From assembly GCA_017505785.1 (NCBI GenBank), contig JAFVOQ010000004.1, positions 733-64,732 of the forward strand: a DNA stretch of 64,000 bases, given 5' to 3'. The notes beneath the pieces are model-generated. The model searched no databases. It had not been told where the DNA came from and was given only the letters and a program-made list of their open reading frames with translations. This document shows, one piece after another, positions 10,713 to 18,362 of the stretch. This DNA comes from Clostridia bacterium. Lineage in GTDB: Bacteria; Bacillota; Clostridia; Oscillospirales; CAG-272. Made by a program: the position numbers and the translations under genes. The first letter of the stretch is position 1. Each line of letters opens with the position of its first letter.

Positions 10713-12032
10713 TTAAATAATTTTAAGCGTGCCGTTTTGTCCCGGCAGTATCGCGCAGTCGTGCGACAGCAAAACGGTGTATTTTTCATTGCCGTATTTT
10801 TCCACAAAGGCACGGCTTCTTTCCCGATCGAAGGATGCCCCCGTAGGGCGTTTTTGTATCAGACAATCGCGATGATAGCACTCATCACCCGCAATGACGT
10901 ATTCCCTACCCCTATGAGAAAAGGTAACAATGGCAGAGCCTGCCGAATGACCGCCCCATACCGACACCGTAATGCCCGCGATCTCACGGGATTTCTCAAA
11001 GGGCACAACCTTAAGATTGGAAGGCAAAAATCCCTTTTTGGCGGCATATTCGCATTCCTTTGCCGCGATATGTACGGTGGATTTTGTAAAGTAGTGCGCC
11101 GCCCCGGCGTGGTCGTTGTGGGCGTGGGTAAGAACAAGATCGGTAATATCAAACGGGGACACCCCCATACGGCGGAGTGCCTCGACGGGGGAAATATGAT
11201 ATTTTACATCATATCCCGGCATGGTATCACAGCCTGCGTCAACAAGGATCCTTCTGTTTTTTACCTTAATGAGATAGAGCGTGAGGGAAATAGGTACTCT
11301 TGGATGTTCCCCTTTCGTATCGGCAAAAGCCATGCGAATGGGAATATCTGTTTCGCCGTATTTGATCGCAATGACCGAAAGCCGCCCAACGCATCGATAC
11401 CAAAGGTAAAAGCAGGCGAAAACAGGAATCAACAAAAAGAGCAGCAGCGGTGTATATAAAAATGCCACAAGCAACACGGCAAGCACGCTCGAAAAAAATG
11501 CCGCAATGGGGCGCATCCGCTTTTGCGGCAAGCAAAGTGCACCGCAAAGGAGCACCGCCACAGCGAAAAGCAGAGCCGTGGCAAGCCACGCGCCCGCCGC
11601 CGTCAGCTTGTCTTGCCAAAAAGGAGCAACATCGCCAACAGGATCAACACCGAAAAACGCCAAAGCGTTACGAAGCACCGTAAATGCCGCGAAATAGTAA
11701 ACGGCACTCGGCAACAGCCACCGAGGGAAAAGCGCGCGGTCTTTCCCTTGCAGGATCAACACAAGAGCGCGCATATCAAGCGCGATAAATACAAGTGCCG
11801 CCGGTATCACTGCGGGATTATACAACAGCGCACCGACAAGGTCAAGGCGCAAACAGGAAAGGAAGGCACGCGTACCGCCGCAAAGCGGACAGTACAGATG
11901 TAGGATATCGTGCATCAAGCAATGATAGGCTTGGTTTTTTAAAACAATAACCGAAATAAATCCATAGAACGCAAAGGCCACCGCAAAAAGTAAAAAAACA
12001 ACGTGATAGCGAATATACTGTTTTAAGCGCAC
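10713..12032 (-). CDS. Membrane protein: N-terminal DUF2752 domain fused to a C-terminal MBL-fold metallo-hydrolase
   Basis: 439 aa with a GTG start and a GAGGAGGGG RBS. The N-terminus has the CPLCGGTRA motif and about 6 hydrophobic helices. The C-terminal half has HAHNDHAG (HxHxDH) and other MBL-like segments. Confidence 0.8.
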   Translation of the reverse strand: MRLKQYIRYHVVFLLFAVAFAFYGFISVIVLKNQAYHCLMHDILHLYCPLCGGTRAFLSCLRLDLVGALLYNPAVIPAALVFIALDMRALVLILQGKDRALFPRWLLPSAVYYFAAFTVLRNALAFFGVDPVGDVAPFWQDKLTAAGAWLATALLFAVAVLLCGALCLPQKRMRPIAAFFSSVLAVLLVAFLYTPLLLFLLIPVFACFYLWYRCVGRLSVIAIKYGETDIPIRMAFADTKGEHPRVPISLTLYLIKVKNRRILVDAGCDTMPGYDVKYHISPVEALRRMGVSPFDITDLVLTHAHNDHAGAAHYFTKSTVHIAAKECEYAAKKGFLPSNLKVVPFEKSREIAGITVSVWGGHSAGSAIVTFSHRGREYVIAGDECYHRDCLIQKRPTGASFDRERSRAFVEKYGNEKYTVLLSHDCAILPGQNGTLKII

Positions 12033-12110
12033 GTAGCTCCCCTCCTCTCAAAAGAACACCTGAAAGTATATCATATTATGTGTTTTATTGCAAGTTTTTT
12101 TCACAATTGC

Positions 12111-12139
12111 TTGATTTTTTACAGAAAAACAGGTATAAT
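12111..12139 (+). promoter_or_regulatory. Promoter (TTGATT-17-TATAAT)
   Basis: TTGATT at 12111-12116, a counted 17-nt spacer, and TATAAT at 12134-12139. Confidence 0.55.
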
Positions 12140-12169
12140 GAACCTAACGACCACGAAAGGAGTTGCTTT

Positions 12170-12583
12170 ATGGATAACAATCAAAACAACTTTAATCAAA
12201 ACAATGGGCAAAACGAAGGGTGGTCCTATCAAAGCGGACAGTTTTACACACCCGTGACGCCTATCGATAGCACGGCGATGCAGGCAAACCAATCTGCCTC
12301 CTCCTCCCAAACGCTTGGTATTGTAGGACTGATCATTTCACTTATCTGCTGCCCTTTGATCGGCATCATTCTTGGTATTATTGCGATCAGCAAGGCTTCG
12401 ACAGCAAAAAGCTTGCTTGGACATGAGCCCTCTGAAGCAAAAACGGGACGCATCTGCGGCATCATTGCCATTATTTTGGGTGTGCTCTCCATGATCTTGA
12501 GTGCCATTATATACGTCATTAACATGGCACTGATCATGGAAGCACTGGAGAGCATGATGGTTTGGCTCCCATTCTTCCTGTAA
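12170..12583 (+). CDS. DUF4190-like small membrane protein with an N/Q-rich N-terminus
   Basis: Internal ATG 12170 has an AAAGGAG RBS. The protein reads MDNNQNNFNQNNGQNEGWSYQ... and then GIVGLIISLICCPLIGIILGIIAISKA, a typical DUF4190 helix pair. Confidence 0.7.
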   Translation: MDNNQNNFNQNNGQNEGWSYQSGQFYTPVTPIDSTAMQANQSASSSQTLGIVGLIISLICCPLIGIILGIIAISKASTAKSLLGHEPSEAKTGRICGIIAIILGVLSMILSAIIYVINMALIMEALESMMVWLPFFL

Positions 12584-12593
12584 TCAACAAGGC

Positions 12594-12610
12594 AAAAACA
12601 GCCGCTTCGC
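12594..12610 (+). repeat. Left arm of a perfect 17-nt inverted repeat (AAAAACAGCCGCTTCGC)
   Basis: It is the exact reverse complement of 14112-14128. Further matching blocks (TGTTGTT, CGGAGAAAT) extend the similarity to about 50 nt. Confidence 0.9.
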
Positions 12611-12740
12611 GAAAGCGTGATGTTGTTATCGGAGAAATCACTAACAGCAAAAATTGAATCGCAGAAAACAAAGAGATAACCCCGACAGATTTTTAGGTCT
12701 ATCGGGGTTTGCTTGTGCTGTTCTATAAATTGGAATTTGT

Positions 12741-13409
12741 TTAATTCTTTTCGGCAATCCATTTCTTTGACCAAGCGAACAATGTTTCAGACATCAAATT
12801 GAACTCTACTGTTCTGCCATTTTTCAAATTCAAAAAGGTTTCCACAATGACTCGTTCATCGAAAGATACAACTTGAAGCAAATCCTTTTGATGGATGATA
12901 TAGTTTCCTGTTTGCTTAAAAACAATTGCCTGTACAACAAAAGAAGCAGATTTATACAATCCTCGTAAAATATCTTCGCTCTTTTCATACAGCATATTGT
13001 GTACACATCCATGGAATATGTTGCAGGTACCGATTTTGATTGCTCTGTTCACAACACTTTCATCAATAACTGCCATCACCTCATCAAGGCTTCCCTGAAT
13101 TGGTGTGGTATCATGGCAAAACTGGAACAGGTCAGATGGCTCCCAATTCAAAACTTCACTCTTACCTGAGAGAAAACCACAAATCAAATCCCTGTGAGAC
13201 AGGGTATCCAGCATGTCATTATATGTTTGGATGTCCATGGCCGACAATTCATCAAGAATTACAACAACATCAATATCGCTTGTTTCTGTTGCTTCACCAC
13301 GACCATAACTGCCTTGCAAACCAACAAACCATACACGATTTGCGAAAGTCTCATTTAATGACTTCAAGAAATTTTTCATCCAAGCAGTAATATCTATCAT
13401 CTCAGTCAC
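12741..13409 (-). CDS. Pol-beta-type nucleotidyltransferase with a helical C-terminal domain (KNTase/ANT-like architecture)
   Basis: 222 aa with LQGSYGRGEATETSDIDVVVILD (hG[GS]x9-13DxD NTase signature). The C-terminal ~110 aa are helical. Codon usage is AT-rich. Confidence 0.7.
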   Translation of the reverse strand: MTEMIDITAWMKNFLKSLNETFANRVWFVGLQGSYGRGEATETSDIDVVVILDELSAMDIQTYNDMLDTLSHRDLICGFLSGKSEVLNWEPSDLFQFCHDTTPIQGSLDEVMAVIDESVVNRAIKIGTCNIFHGCVHNMLYEKSEDILRGLYKSASFVVQAIVFKQTGNYIIHQKDLLQVVSFDERVIVETFLNLKNGRTVEFNLMSETLFAWSKKWIAEKN

Positions 13410-13519
13410 CTCGTCAAATTCTTATTTATCGTTCTGTTATTTCGCCAGTTTCGCATTTGTATTACAAATGCATCGGGCAAAGCCCATACCCCTTTGGAGA
13501 TGTACGATAGCGTTCAAAG

Positions 13520-13554
13520 GCTCCCTCCGGGAGGGAGCTGTCAGCGAAGCTGAC
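13520..13554. repeat. Two adjacent short palindromes (CTCCCTCC-GGAGGGAG and GTCAGC-gaa-GCTGAC)
   Basis: Read directly. The first is related to the hairpin at 13631-13649. On the minus strand it would encode SLPEGA, which echoes the SLREGG tail of the DUF559 ORF. Confidence 0.7.
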
Positions 13555-13617
13555 TGAGGGAGAGTGCGTACCAATAAGATTGATCCAACCGAAAAGTCAC
13601 GCAGGCTCCTTCCACCG

Positions 13618-13995
13618 CTAACGCGGTCCCCCTCCCTCTCGGAGGGAGGCTTTCACGGCGGCATCTATATACTCGCAGACACCACGAAAGTTTGTGTTGA
13701 TTTGTCTGTTTGTAAAGCGAATTACCCTCAAATCGTATCCTTCAAGGATTTCAGTTCGAAATTCATCTTTTTGCCTGCCGTCTTCGGTATAATGCTGTGA
13801 GCCATCAATTTCTATAATCAATTTTGCTTTGTGACAATAAAAATCCGCAATAAAATTATCGATTGCTTTTTGACGTTGAAATCTTACTTCGTATTTTGAC
13901 AAGAAATCGTACCACAAATGTTTTTCCTGCGGTGTCGCATTTTTGCGCAGATTTTTGGCAAGAGTAATATTCTTTTCGTTATACTCAAGTGACAT
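13618..13995 (-). CDS. DUF559 / Vsr-like endonuclease domain protein
   Basis: 125 aa with LRKNATPQEKHLWYDFL...FQRQKAIDNFIADFYCHKAKLIIEIDGSQH...D..R...L...G..V.RF.N, the characteristic DUF559 pattern. Confidence 0.85.
   Translation of the reverse strand: MSLEYNEKNITLAKNLRKNATPQEKHLWYDFLSKYEVRFQRQKAIDNFIADFYCHKAKLIIEIDGSQHYTEDGRQKDEFRTEILEGYDLRVIRFTNRQINTNFRGVCEYIDAAVKASLREGGGPR
13631..13649. repeat. GC-rich hairpin CCTCCCTC-tcg-GAGGGAGG in the 3' end of the DUF559 gene
   Basis: 8-bp stem with a 3-nt loop, read directly. Confidence 0.7.
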
Positions 13996-14111
13996 ATTTA
14001 CTCCTCCCCATATTCATTGTTTCCATTACATCACAAAATCGGCAGAAAGAAAAGTCCTTCTGCCGAAATTTTTGTGCTTGCAATTTCTCCGTTAAGAACA
14101 ACAGAGAAATT

Positions 14112-14128
14112 GCGAAGCGGCTGTTTTT
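14112..14128 (-). repeat. Right arm of the 17-nt inverted repeat (GCGAAGCGGCTGTTTTT)
   Basis: Exact reverse complement of 12594-12610. It abuts the stop codon at 14129-14131. Confidence 0.9.
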
Positions 14129-15943
14129 TTAGATCACAGTCAGTCCAAAGAAGCAGATCAAAAACAAAAATACCAGATAAAGGATCGCCATATATGCAAT
14201 GCGCTTATGCACCTTGCGGTCAAGCACTGAGGCTACAAAGGCAACCACATAAGAAACCGTGGCACCGATGCCGACCAATAGCGTGAGCACACGCATAGCA
14301 AAATAGAAGGAGGAAAGCAGTGCCGTGCCCATTTTATATGCCGCAAGCACCTGCACACCCACCAATATACTAAGCAGTGCCGCCAAAACATCAGGTAGCA
14401 CAAACCACACACCTGCATGCTCGCCGTGCGTGTTTTTCTCACCAAGCCACTCAAAAAAGCCAAACACGCCCATCAAAGCAAAGCCCGCTGTGAGCAACAG
14501 CAACAGCCCAAACAAAAACGCCGCTGGCACACGTGCATAATAAAACGGAAGCTTATAATAGCACTCACCGGTGGCGGTGACTACTGCCGTGACCTCGCCT
14601 TCCCCGTCAAGCAAGAACTGCAAAACAGGCGTGCTTGCATCCCCTGCCGCATCGGCAAAAACACCGGGCGCGATCTGCATGAGGCGCATATCAAGGAAGG
14701 AAAGCGTACCGTCATCATTTACTGTGGCAGAGATACGCTCTTGCATGGTGAAAAATCGACCCACAAAGGTGTGCTGCTCACTCGTTGATACAGCATACGT
14801 GCCGCGCAGTGCCTTCAGCTCTACCATTTCGCCAACAGGCAAAGCGGGGCTCACTGCGGTTGGTGCAAGCGCTGTCAATGGGAAATCAAGCAGGGTGCTT
14901 TGCGGTACGTTTGTAAGCACCAATGCAGCCTCACGCTTTTCGGTATCAAGACAAAGCGAAGCACCAAAGCAAGCGGTTTTTGCATGGCAGGTATATGCCG
15001 TGCCCTGTTTACTCAGCGCAAGGGCTGTTGGGGAGAAAATGCCGCTATGATAGGGGGTAAAAAGCAAATTCTTGGTTGATGCGCGCATCAAGGCTTCACT
15101 GTCGGACACCAGCCACGCAAGCAGCCTTGAGAGATCTTTGGCGGTGGAAAGTGCGCCCGTGGCAGGATAAAGACCTGCATAGCTTTTTCCGCCGTTTTGC
15201 GGTGCCCTAAAGGAGCCCTCTGCCACCTCCCTGTAGCCTGTGGCGTAGTCTTTGTCATCAACGTTTGAAGAGCGCATTGCCACGGTACCACTCATGCCAA
15301 GGGGCGTGAGTACATGATCGTTCAGATATGCCTCATATGGGGCACCCGAAGCCTGCTCCACTACAAAGGCGGCAAGCGAGATGCCGAACGCCGAATAGGA
15401 ATATGCCGTTCCCGGTATCATGATCTGCTCGGGTACATCGGCAAGCAGTGCCTCCTCAAGCGTTTCAAAGCAATGGCTTTCTTTATCAAAGGATATATCA
15501 AATATTCTGCCACCAAAGCCCGCGCACCCCGACAAAAGCTGCCCCACGGTAACGGGATAGTCAAGCGCAAGCTTTGCCATAAACTCAGCAGGCAAATATG
15601 CCGCAATATCCGCATCAAGGGATAACACACCCGTATCCACCAGCGTTAAAGCCGAAATGGCGGTGAGAAGTGCAGAGAGTTCACCGATTTCAAACACCGT
15701 ATCACCGGTAACGAGCACGCGCGAGGAAAGATCGGCATAGCCAAACCCGTCTGCCATAAGAACCGTACCGTTTCTCACAAGCACCACGGCAGCCCCGGGG
15801 GTATCCACACCGACAGCTGTTGCTGCTGCCTCCTGCGCTTGTGCGACCGACGCATCAAAAGGAGTGGCAACGGTAGCTGACATGGGCAACACACATATGA
15901 CAAGCAGGAAAACAGCCAGTAAAACGCTAAAGATCCTTTTCAT
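14129..15943 (-). CDS. Beta-lactamase-fold (serine hydrolase family) protein with a signal peptide and C-terminal multi-pass membrane region; active-site motifs degenerate
   Basis: 604 aa. The N-terminal signal is MKRIFSVLLAVFLLVICVLP. The family-typical segment DTVFEIG-ELSA-LLTA has ELSA where SxxK is expected. YSA replaces YxN. Four to five hydrophobic helices lie at the C-terminus. Confidence 0.75.
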   Translation of the reverse strand: MKRIFSVLLAVFLLVICVLPMSATVATPFDASVAQAQEAAATAVGVDTPGAAVVLVRNGTVLMADGFGYADLSSRVLVTGDTVFEIGELSALLTAISALTLVDTGVLSLDADIAAYLPAEFMAKLALDYPVTVGQLLSGCAGFGGRIFDISFDKESHCFETLEEALLADVPEQIMIPGTAYSYSAFGISLAAFVVEQASGAPYEAYLNDHVLTPLGMSGTVAMRSSNVDDKDYATGYREVAEGSFRAPQNGGKSYAGLYPATGALSTAKDLSRLLAWLVSDSEALMRASTKNLLFTPYHSGIFSPTALALSKQGTAYTCHAKTACFGASLCLDTEKREAALVLTNVPQSTLLDFPLTALAPTAVSPALPVGEMVELKALRGTYAVSTSEQHTFVGRFFTMQERISATVNDDGTLSFLDMRLMQIAPGVFADAAGDASTPVLQFLLDGEGEVTAVVTATGECYYKLPFYYARVPAAFLFGLLLLLTAGFALMGVFGFFEWLGEKNTHGEHAGVWFVLPDVLAALLSILVGVQVLAAYKMGTALLSSFYFAMRVLTLLVGIGATVSYVVAFVASVLDRKVHKRIAYMAILYLVFLFLICFFGLTVI

Positions 15944-16040
15944 ATTCCCCTCCTTTTAAAATTTAGTTTTATTTTAGCATATTTTCTTTTTTTTGGCAAG
16001 TTCCTTTCCCTATTTTTGCCAAAGAGGTGATACAATATGC

Positions 16041-16090
16041 AAAAACGGCGCTTTGAACGCCCCACAAGAGATAGAACGTTCAAGGCGCCG
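16041..16090 (-). terminator. Rho-independent terminator after the DHH phosphoesterase gene
   Basis: The minus strand reads CGGCGCCTTGAACG ...loop... CGTTCAAAGCGCCG followed by TTTTT. Confidence 0.8.
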
Positions 16091-16111
16091 CTTCATTGAA
16101 GCGCTTATCAT

Positions 16112-17101
16112 TTAGCTTCTTGCCAAGCGCAGTGCCACCAAAACCTTTTCCTGTGCTTCCTCGATGCTGTCAGCACTAACAGTTGCGCCTGCGGCTCGCA
16201 CATGACCGCCGCCGCCAAAGCTTGATGCAACAGCAGCCACGTCAAAATCAACATTAGAACGCAAGGAAACGCGAAAATCGCCCTTAATGGTACCGCGGAT
16301 CGCTACGGCAACCTCGACCCCTGCCACACACCGTGCGACATCGATCAGTGTTCCCAAATGCTCCTCGCGCACGTCAAGCTCTTGCTGTAATGCATACGGG
16401 AAGGTTATGATCGCGATCTTGCCCTCTTCAAAAAAGCGAAGGCGTTCAAAGCCTGCTTTTTCAGCCTTCAAGCCCTGATACGATCTCGTTTCAAAAAGCC
16501 TTCGGTTGATCTCTGCAGTATCAATTCCCTGCTTTACCAGTGCCGCCGCGTGCAAATGCGTGCTCTCGGTCACATTTGAATACCGAAAGCATCCCGTATC
16601 CGAGGAAATGGCGGCATACAGCAATGACGCCGTGCGGGGCGGCACGTCAACACCCGATGCGGCAATCAAATCAAAGATCACCTCACCGCACGCAGCCGCC
16701 TGTGGCACCACCAAATGATCGGCATACGGCGTACCTGTGCCGTGGTGGTCGATCATCAAAGAAACACGGTCACCGAAGTGCTCGAAAAGACTGCCCATTT
16801 GCGCGGGAGATGCGGTATCAACCGTAACGATACGGGCATTTTCAAACCCCGTTGGGATACTTTCCGCCAATACACTCTCCTGCAAGTCCGCTGACAAAAA
16901 GGAAAGATATTGCGGCACCTCGTCGGCACACACACAGTAGCACCTGCTCCCCATGGCAGCAAGCCACAGGGAAAGCGCAAAGGCAGATCCCACGGCATCC
17001 CCGTCCGGCCTTGTGTGAAAGCAGATCAGTGTGGGGGCGGGGGGCGTAAGGCGTGCAACCGCCTCATCGACTGTGAGTGCGCGAAATTCAGTCTTCGCCA
17101 T
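16112..17101 (-). CDS. nrnA: DHH/DHHA1 phosphoesterase (NrnA-like oligoribonuclease/pAp phosphatase)
   Basis: Motifs HTRPDGDAVGS, DHHGTG and GGGGHVRAAG. I chose the start at ATG 17101 (MAKTEF...), which has a GAGGTG RBS and overlaps the rbfA end by 14 nt. The ORF itself extends to 17134. Confidence 0.85.
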   Translation of the reverse strand: MAKTEFRALTVDEAVARLTPPAPTLICFHTRPDGDAVGSAFALSLWLAAMGSRCYCVCADEVPQYLSFLSADLQESVLAESIPTGFENARIVTVDTASPAQMGSLFEHFGDRVSLMIDHHGTGTPYADHLVVPQAAACGEVIFDLIAASGVDVPPRTASLLYAAISSDTGCFRYSNVTESTHLHAAALVKQGIDTAEINRRLFETRSYQGLKAEKAGFERLRFFEEGKIAIITFPYALQQELDVREEHLGTLIDVARCVAGVEVAVAIRGTIKGDFRVSLRSNVDFDVAAVASSFGGGGHVRAAGATVSADSIEEAQEKVLVALRLARS

Positions 17102-17462
17102 GCTCCGCCACCTCGTCATCATCACTGATCTCAATAGAGTTCAGAAGCTTTGAGATATGCGCGCCGTAAGCGATAGACGTATCCTCCACAAAGGTAAATT
17201 CGGGGGTGGCGCGCAGATTAAGGCGCTGTGCCACCTGACGGCGAATGAAGCCCGCTGAGGATTTCAGCCCAAGATAAACCTCCTTTGGCTCTCCCCGCAT
17301 TGCCGAATAATATACCTTTGCATATTTCAAATCGGGAGTAACGTCAACCCCCGTGATACTGATAAACGCCTCTGACACGCGCGGATCCTTGACCTCGCGC
17401 ATGATCGCGGCAAGCTCCTTTTGCATCTCATCATTGATGCGACCTCTCCTGTAATTTGCCAT
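17088..17462 (-). CDS. rbfA: Ribosome-binding factor A
   Basis: MANYRRGRINDEMQKELAAIMREVKDPRV... is a typical RbfA. AGGAGGG RBS before ATG 17462. Confidence 0.92.
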   Translation of the reverse strand: MANYRRGRINDEMQKELAAIMREVKDPRVSEAFISITGVDVTPDLKYAKVYYSAMRGEPKEVYLGLKSSAGFIRRQVAQRLNLRATPEFTFVEDTSIAYGAHISKLLNSIEISDDDEVAEHGED

Positions 17463-17546
17463 ATTCCCTCCTTGAAAGGACAAGCGCCGAGGCGCTGTCT
17501 TAAAGACGGGGGCTGCCGCAAAAGCAGACAGCCCCCATTGATTTAC

Positions 17547-18314
17547 TTATTGTGCTGCGTCAACAATAGCAGTAAATTTCTGTGCCACAAGAGAGGCACC
17601 GCCAATAAGCCCGCCGTCAACATTGGGCTTTGCAAGCAGCTCAGCTGCATTCTTTTCGTTCATCGAGCCACCGTACTGAATGGTAGTAGCCTCAGCGACC
17701 TCCTTGCCGTAAAGCTCGGCAACCACATCACGAATGACACCGCAGGTTTCCTCAGCCTGCTCGGGGGTAGCGGTAAGGCCGGTGCCGATCGCCCAAACCG
17801 GCTCGTAAGCAATGACGATATTTTTCATATCCTCAGCCGATACGCCTGCGAGGTCAAGCTTGATCTGCATCGCACATACCTCATTGGTAATGCCTGCAAC
17901 GCGCTGCTCCTTAACCTCACCCATGCAAAGGATAACACGCATGCCTGCGGCAAGCGCAGCCTTAGTGCGCAGGTTAACGGTTTCGTCGGTTTCGCCAAAG
18001 TACTGACGGCGCTCGGAGTGACCGACGATAACGGTATTGACGCCGATTGCCTTGAGCATCTCGGCAGAAACCTCACCCGTGTATGCGCCCTTTGCGGCGA
18101 AATGCACGTTCTCGGCACCGATGACGATGTTAGAGCCCTTTGCAGCCTCGATAGCGGCGGCAATGGTCACGTAAGGTGCACAAAAGATGATATCACAGTT
18201 ATCCTTGCCTGCAACCATAGGCTTGATCTCATTGATAAAGGCAGTTGCCTCGGCAGGGGTCATGTTCATTTTCCAGTTACCTGCAATGACGGTTCTTCTC
18301 TTTGCGGGATTCAT
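17547..18314 (-). CDS. tpiA: Triosephosphate isomerase
   Basis: 255 aa with IAGNWKMN, VIVGHSERR and AYEPVWAIGTG motifs. Confidence 0.97.
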   Translation of the reverse strand: MNPAKRRTVIAGNWKMNMTPAEATAFINEIKPMVAGKDNCDIIFCAPYVTIAAAIEAAKGSNIVIGAENVHFAAKGAYTGEVSAEMLKAIGVNTVIVGHSERRQYFGETDETVNLRTKAALAAGMRVILCMGEVKEQRVAGITNEVCAMQIKLDLAGVSAEDMKNIVIAYEPVWAIGTGLTATPEQAEETCGVIRDVVAELYGKEVAEATTIQYGGSMNEKNAAELLAKPNVDGGLIGGASLVAQKFTAIVDAAQ

Positions 18315-18362
18315 TTGTAGTTTCCTCTCTTTTTCTATGAATTATGAATGACGGTATGACAA

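Larger units (their letters stand above)
12594..14128. mobile_element. AT-rich 1.5-kb cassette (NTase + DUF559 endonuclease) bounded by inverted repeats
   Basis: It has inverted repeats at both ends and is visibly more AT-rich than the flanks. It lies exactly between the stops of two convergent host genes (12583 and 14129). Confidence 0.5.
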
